Below, in pieces: positions 39,201 to 44,801 of a stretch of DNA of 44,801 nucleotides. This DNA comes from Octopus sinensis. Taxonomy: Eukaryota. Position 1 is the stretch's first letter. Each line of letters starts with the position of its first letter. The stretch lies in the NCBI RefSeq assembly GCF_006345805.1, contig NW_021834855.1, forward strand, positions 1-44,801. The letters run 5' to 3'. Made by a program: the position numbers and the translations under genes. Below the pieces are notes generated by a model, which was not told the DNA's origin, searched no databases, and worked only from the letters and a program-made list of their open reading frames with translations.

Positions 39201-39965
39201 CAGACAAAACACTTCTGTCTTTTACCTTCTATAGAAACTGGCATCTATTCGCATTCCCCGAAACAGAAAAAATCGGGAATGCAATTTATTTCCTCTGGAA
39301 AAACTAGTATCTGGAATTCCATAAGAATTCCAGTCCTGTTGAGTTGTGGGGTGAATTTCACCTCCACAATCTCCCCATGTTCCTTCAGAATAGCTAAAAT
39401 ACTCGCCGGATCACAGTGACCCGGCATGTTTTTAACTCAAATTCGAGTCAACTTTTTACTTATATAATGGGGAATCATTACAAAAGCCTGGGGCATGTAA
39501 GTTATAGCAGCCATTCTTTTGGCTTTTTGCTCACTGCTGCACATAGCAGCAACTATCCCATGGTGTTTACCTTTCTGTGTGTGTAGCACTAAGGACCACA
39601 CAACTTCCAGGCATTTTTCGGTCTCTGCCGGAGTGGGCAATTTAAGTTTCCTCCCCTTGCGAAAAATACGTTTATAAACAATTGTTTATCTTTCAGAGGC
39701 ATTTTCTCCTCCTCACTAAGATACATAACACCTGGTTTCATAAGGTCCCTCTTATATTTCAGTGCCTTATTTTTCAAGTCATCCACTGACAAAATAGTAG
39801 TCATCGTCATTTCTGTAGTCGTTGTCATTATCGTTGTTGCTAGTACTTTTGCACTTGTTACTGTCGTCACAGCAATAAGAGGAAATTTCTCTTTGGCGAG
39901 AAATGAATTTCACATTCGGCTGCGTTTGTGTTCGGAGATATAACAGAACGCTGCTCTTGGTCAAT
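36240..39965 (-). mobile_element. Tx1/L1-like LINE, internally deleted (RT domain missing)
   Basis: ORF1 with CFVCGNSNYIKDFC knuckle; ORF2 from ATG at 38461 with APE motifs (AISETR, GDWN-like, SYLDKVF, TDHK, YWKVN); C-terminal zinc-finger-like C..C..ETVLH..C and FFKFYLKKKVR; no RT core seen. Confidence 0.85.
37130..37290 (-). pseudogene. Possible Penelope-like ORF fragment inside the Tx1 element
   Basis: WYP..D..LEFL..I..L..NLTNSQRYALRR resembles the PLE segment preceding ADKG (compare QLLALRKL at ~450). Confidence 0.45.
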
Positions 39966-40269
39966 CTTTATTATCTTTTCGTAATCTATCATTTTTTTTC
40001 AAATTGGAAAAAATGAATAAAATCTTGTTTTCACAAAAATGCAAAATATACAAGACAATTATTACACCCCCACCCAAAAAAGGGGTGCAGTTACACAAAA
40101 TGTTGTCACCACGCTCAAGACAATGCAAGCAAAACACTAATTAAATAAAATTTTGAATGGACGGGCTGCAACCAGTCGAAATATTTGATTAAACACAAAT
40201 TACGGAGCTCTAACTTGTATGACTTCACAGGCTGACAGCAATAATAATAATAATAATAATAACAATAAT

Positions 40270-40488
40270 AAAAGTTCTTTCTACTGGAAACACAAGGTCT
40301 CAGATTTGGGGGAAGGGATTAAGTCGATGACATTGACACCAGTGCGTAACTGGTACTTATTTAATCGACCCCGAGAGGATAAAAGTCAAAGTCGACCCCG
40401 ACGGAATTTGAACTCAGAACGTCAAGGCGGACGAAATGTTGCTAAGAATTTTGCCCACCGTGCTGATGCTTCTGCCAGCACACCACCT
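40270..40488 (-). mobile_element. SINE family A copy
   Basis: Shared body and head; (AAT)n tail to the left. Confidence 0.85.
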
Positions 40489-40637
40489 TAACAACAACAA
40501 CAACAACAACAATAATGATACATCTGAAGCATAGAGTTAGCATTCATTTGTGTAATTTATTTCGTTTTTCGTTTTCCGTATCATTCATTCTCTTCCCTTC
40601 CCTTCTCTCTCTATCTCTGTCTGACTGTCTATCTGTC

Positions 40638-40675
<38 letters not shown>

Positions 40676-40858
40676 CACACGCACACAACATCCCCACCCC
40701 CGGCTTTCAATAAAGATATATCTTAGTGCTGTACAGTTACCCATGGCATATAGATTGCTATGAATGAATCATACCTGCTTAGGATTGACAAACGAGATAG
40801 AGCTTTCTCAAGGCTATCGATCCAACAACAGCAAAGAAAAAAACGTAATAAAGATAAC

Positions 40859-40905
<47 letters not shown>

Positions 40906-41243
40906 TGGAAAAACATGTAGGCCAATGGTCGGGGATATTCGTTTCGTTTCTTCATATGTGTCTGTATGAAAGTGTGTATTTATTAAAGCCTTTATCTGCT
41001 TATCAAGGTCAAATAATACTATCTTTTCTATACTATCTCTTCTATTTCTCTGTGCTGACTACCTGGCCTATAAGAATTACAATTATCTCCTTGGGTTTCG
41101 AGAGCTGATATTTCATATGTACGATCACAAATTTAAAAACAGAGATACAGTGTCAAACAAAATAAATAAATAAATAAATAGATAAAAATTCTGGTTAACA
41201 CGTAACCGCAAGAGTATGCGTAATATTCATACATGCATATATG

Positions 41244-41289
<46 letters not shown>

Positions 41290-41291
<2 letters not shown>

Positions 41292-41639
41292 GGCGCAGGA
41301 GTGGCTGTGTGATAAGTAGCTTGCTTACCAACCACATGGTTCTGGGTTAGTCTTACTGCGTGGCACCTTGGGCAAGTGTCTTCTACTATAGCTTCGAGCT
41401 GACCAAAACCTTGTGAGTGGATTTGGTAGATGGAAACTGAAAGAAGCCCGTTGTATATATGTATATGTTTATATATATGTGTGTCTGTGTTTGTCCCCCC
41501 AACATCGCTTGACAACCGATGCTGGTGTTTATGTCCCCGTAACTTAGTGGGCAAGCGAACTTAGGGCGATTTGCTCGAGTAAAAGGTGGTGCTCCAGCAT
41601 GGGCAGTCCTGCAGTCAAATGACTTAAAACAAGTAAAAG

Positions 41640-41640
<1 letters not shown>
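41290..41640 (+). mobile_element. Bipartite SINE (B+C), full
   Basis: Head ggcgcaggagtggctgtgtgataag..., internal TA/TG tract, C half reversed. Confidence 0.88.
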
Positions 41641-41680
<40 letters not shown>

Positions 41681-41984
41681 TATATAATATATATATATAC
41701 TATATATATATACATATATATCAAATAGAGAATTTCTATTTGTAAATCTCTCAACGAGAGGCAGTCAGTAACAGTGCTCTAAAGCATTCCAGTTAAATCT
41801 CGTTGCAACGATTTATAGAATATCAGCATTAGTAATATTAATTTATACCAGAAACAATATATATAATGAATATTATAAAAGCTAACAATTTTTTTTACCT
41901 TGTATTTATTTAGTAAACAACTAATACAATAGCATTTTATAATCATTTTATAATGTTTCTTTTTTACAAAATCGCCGCTGATGG

Positions 41985-42031
41985 CTAGCAGACTGGCACC
42001 GGTTCACGGACCACCACTTTGAGTAGAACTG
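41985..42031. mobile_element. hAT (Charlie-type) terminus
   Basis: ggttcacggaccaccactttgagtagaactg followed by CTCTAGAG, the usual Charlie-type target; partner end not clearly found. Confidence 0.5.
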
Positions 42032-42037
42032 CTCTAG

Positions 42038-42172
42038 AGTAAAGATTATTTGCCAACATAACATAGCAGTCCTGGTTTTGGACGAATGTTACTGTCATTT
42101 TGCCCCAAGAAACATCGTCTCCAGCTGGCCTTAAGACACACTATCTGTGTCTTATATTTTCGAACAAGGGAG
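42038..42172 (+). mobile_element. Half copy of the 7931-8170 hairpin MITE
   Basis: agtaaagattatttgccaacataacat...catcgtctccagctgg...gaacaaggg. Confidence 0.8.
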
Positions 42173-42869
42173 TTTAGCATCCCCGCTCAGCACAGAATAT
42201 ATCTATATATTACGATTTCTGGGTTATTTCTCTTCATCAGCTCAGAATAACTGTTCGGATAGAAGTGGAGCTGCTAGAGGTGGTGCATAAAAGCACACAC
42301 ATATATCTTAGCAGATGAGGATTGTCTGTCATGGGCGACGGAACTCCCATTTCATGTGATTTCATTCTACTGGGAATCATCAGTGGGAGGCGTCCGGTCA
42401 CCGCATTCCAGTCAAATCTTGCTGCAACGATTTGTAAAATATCAGCATCTGCTGAGATTCTGATGTCGCAAATGTCCAACATGTTTATGGGAAATTGATT
42501 ATCAGCGACGGAATCTGCATTAATACCATTAACAGGGAACACCGAATACTGCACTGTTAGTCTTGAGACATTTTCTCCAATAGGCGCTTGGTGCATAAAA
42601 GCACACACACATAGATCGTAGAAGACAAGAATCAAGCGCCTGTATGTGAGGATCTGTCAAGGCTAATAGCACAGCATTCGGTGATCTGATAAGATATCCA
42701 TGTTGAGTTGGATTCAAAGATTACTGGACCGTGTTAATATTGCTTCCGTCGCCAATAATTAATACACACACACACATATATATACATATACAGACACATA
42801 AATATGTGTAATTTTATGTGTGTGTGTGTGTGTGTGTATGTATATATGTATGCATGTATTATGTGTGTA

Positions 42870-43085
42870 TGTACTTGTGTGCCTGTGTTTGTCCGTACCA
42901 TCGCTAGACAACCTATGTTGGTGTGTTTACGTCCCTGTAATGTAGCGGTTCGGTAAATGAGTCCGATAGAATAAGTATTAGGCTTACAAAGAATAAGTCC
43001 TGGGGTCGATTAGTTCGACTAAAGGCAATGCTCCGGCATGGCCGCATTGAAATGTCTGAAACAAGTAAAAGAAGAAAAGAATTAA
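42870..43085 (-). mobile_element. Repeat family C copy
   Basis: Reverse complement of the C consensus. Confidence 0.8.
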
Positions 43086-43109
43086 GGAATACACACACAC
43101 ACATATATG

Positions 43110-43450
43110 TACGCATGTGGTGACGCATTGGCCCAGACCGGGCGTTGTCAGTGTTTTTTGAGTGAAAAATTCTCAAGCTCCACGAAGCTCCGGCAGGGTG
43201 GGGTGACGAACCCGCTGTACTCTTTCACCACAACTTTCTCTCATTCTTTTTTCCTATTTCTGTTGTACCTGTATTTCAAAGAGCCAGCCTTTTCACACTC
43301 TGTGTCACGCTGAATCTCCCCGAGTACTACGCTAAGAGTACATGTGTCTGTGGAGTGCTCAGCCACTTGCATGTTAATTTCACGAGCAGGCTGTTCCGTT
43401 GATCGGATCAACTGGAAGCCTCGTCGTCGTAACCAACGGAGTGCCACGAT
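43110..43450 (+). mobile_element. SINE family D copy
   Basis: Reverse complement of 13953-14290. Confidence 0.85.
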
Positions 43451-43454
43451 GTAT

Positions 43455-43484
43455 GTATACACACTCACACACACACAACACACA

Positions 43485-43565
<81 letters not shown>
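43455..43565. repeat. (CA)n microsatellite
   Basis: Direct reading. Confidence 0.95.
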
Positions 43566-43566
<1 letters not shown>

Positions 43567-44801
43567 ATAAAACACGATGTTTGTTGACCATCGTTAATAA
43601 AGCAGCAACACCTGTATAACATCCGAAATTTGGTTTTCAGAACATGTTATTCGCAAATCCAGTTTGAGAATTTGGCATATGGTTCTATAATTAGCAGCAA
43701 CCGCAGATGGGAGGTTTGTAATCGATAGTATGAATCAATTTTCTTTCTTTTTCGTTTTTGCTTTTAGTTTCTGTTTATTTTTCTCGTTTTTTTTTTTTTT
43801 TTTACATCTTTGCCAGAGAAATCACAATCGACATTGTTAGTCAACAATGGAAGAACAAAAATACTGCACACTTTACATTGGGCTGACTGCTCTGCAATGG
43901 GTGGTATTTGTGGGGGGGGGTCGTACGGAAGAATTATCTTTATGTAAGTCGTTATTGTTATCATCTTGTTGTTGTTGCGATCGATTTCGCCGTCACTGAT
44001 ATATTTTTGATTAAGGAAAATTATCTCCGCCTCTAGAGGATATGTCGTATTTTCTTTTTTGTATAAATTGAAGTCACTTGGTTATTGGAGATAAAGTCGT
44101 GTAATCGTCGCCGTTCTGATGACAGCTACTAAGCCAGAAACAAGCATCAACACGGTCCTTTTAGCTCCAACCAATACGCGATTAATAAATCACTGTACAT
44201 GATAGCCTTCTCCAGATATTGTGTATACAATCCGAAGGGGCCCGTACGCTCCCTGCCGGCCTTAAGTAAACTAACGGAACTACAGCCATCCATGACTAGA
44301 TTTATGATGAATTCGGATTGGTTTCTCGTTGCCTGCTTCAGGTAGATGGGATTGAACTCAGAATGCAGAGTGTCTGAACACATGCCGTAAAACATATTTG
44401 CCGACGTGATAACACGCCTCCCCACCTACCCACACACACATAAAAATAAATCGATCATTGCTTTACCAAAATCAATAAGTCACTATTTTCTAATCGATGT
44501 TGACATCATTCTGAAAAATTTCGTCGGTTTTATTATGTTTAATCATATATTTGTTTGTTTTTTTTTGTTTTTTTTTAATATATTTATTGCTTCATCAATT
44601 TTTATTTATTTACTCATTTATTTACCTTTGCTAGAATGCCTTCAGTTAGAAGATTATTTCGGAGCGATGAAGCGATAAAACAAGCATTTAGTTGGGTTAC
44701 AATTCCAGTTATCGACCAACAAACGCACATTATCTAAAGCCAATCAGATAATTAACTGTTATGGTTACTATGGAAACTACATTTGTCATTCACGTATATT
44801 T

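Noticed and set aside
41777-42039. CTCTAAAG / CTCTAGAG as the TSD pair of a hAT element
   Set aside because: The left side lacks a matching TIR, and the sequence after it belongs to a different duplicated segment.
42237-42635. 132-aa ORF as an integrase-like or host exon
   Set aside because: No convincing motif; it overlaps inverted and direct repeats.

Overview
AT-rich, microsatellite-saturated eukaryotic DNA. The SINE families and repeat density suggest an octopus or other cephalopod genome; this is inferred from recognition, not from a search. No host protein-coding exon, rRNA, functional tRNA or CRISPR array can be supported, and nearly all ORF-track entries are translations of simple repeats. 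The window is a transposon graveyard. It contains a full-length but disrupted mariner (8698-9967), several MITEs and a hAT element with a perfect 8-bp TSD. It also holds decayed non-LTR retroelements (Penelope-like, R4/RLE, CR1/L2-like, RTE, two Tx1/L1-like), Helitron/HINE pieces and about 25 SINE copies. The most interesting signal is invisible in the ORF track: type I hammerhead-ribozyme motifs (CUGANGA...GAAA) in several sequence-unrelated small elements, most of them embedded in microsatellites. The best is a long-helix hammerhead at 5903-5985 (-). Two loci carry the ribozyme-like tails as inverted pairs (12895-13268 with a tRNA-derived head, and a ~420-bp palindrome at 29806-30223). All folds were done by eye and activity is untested. 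Most element boundaries are approximate unless TIR or TSD positions are stated.
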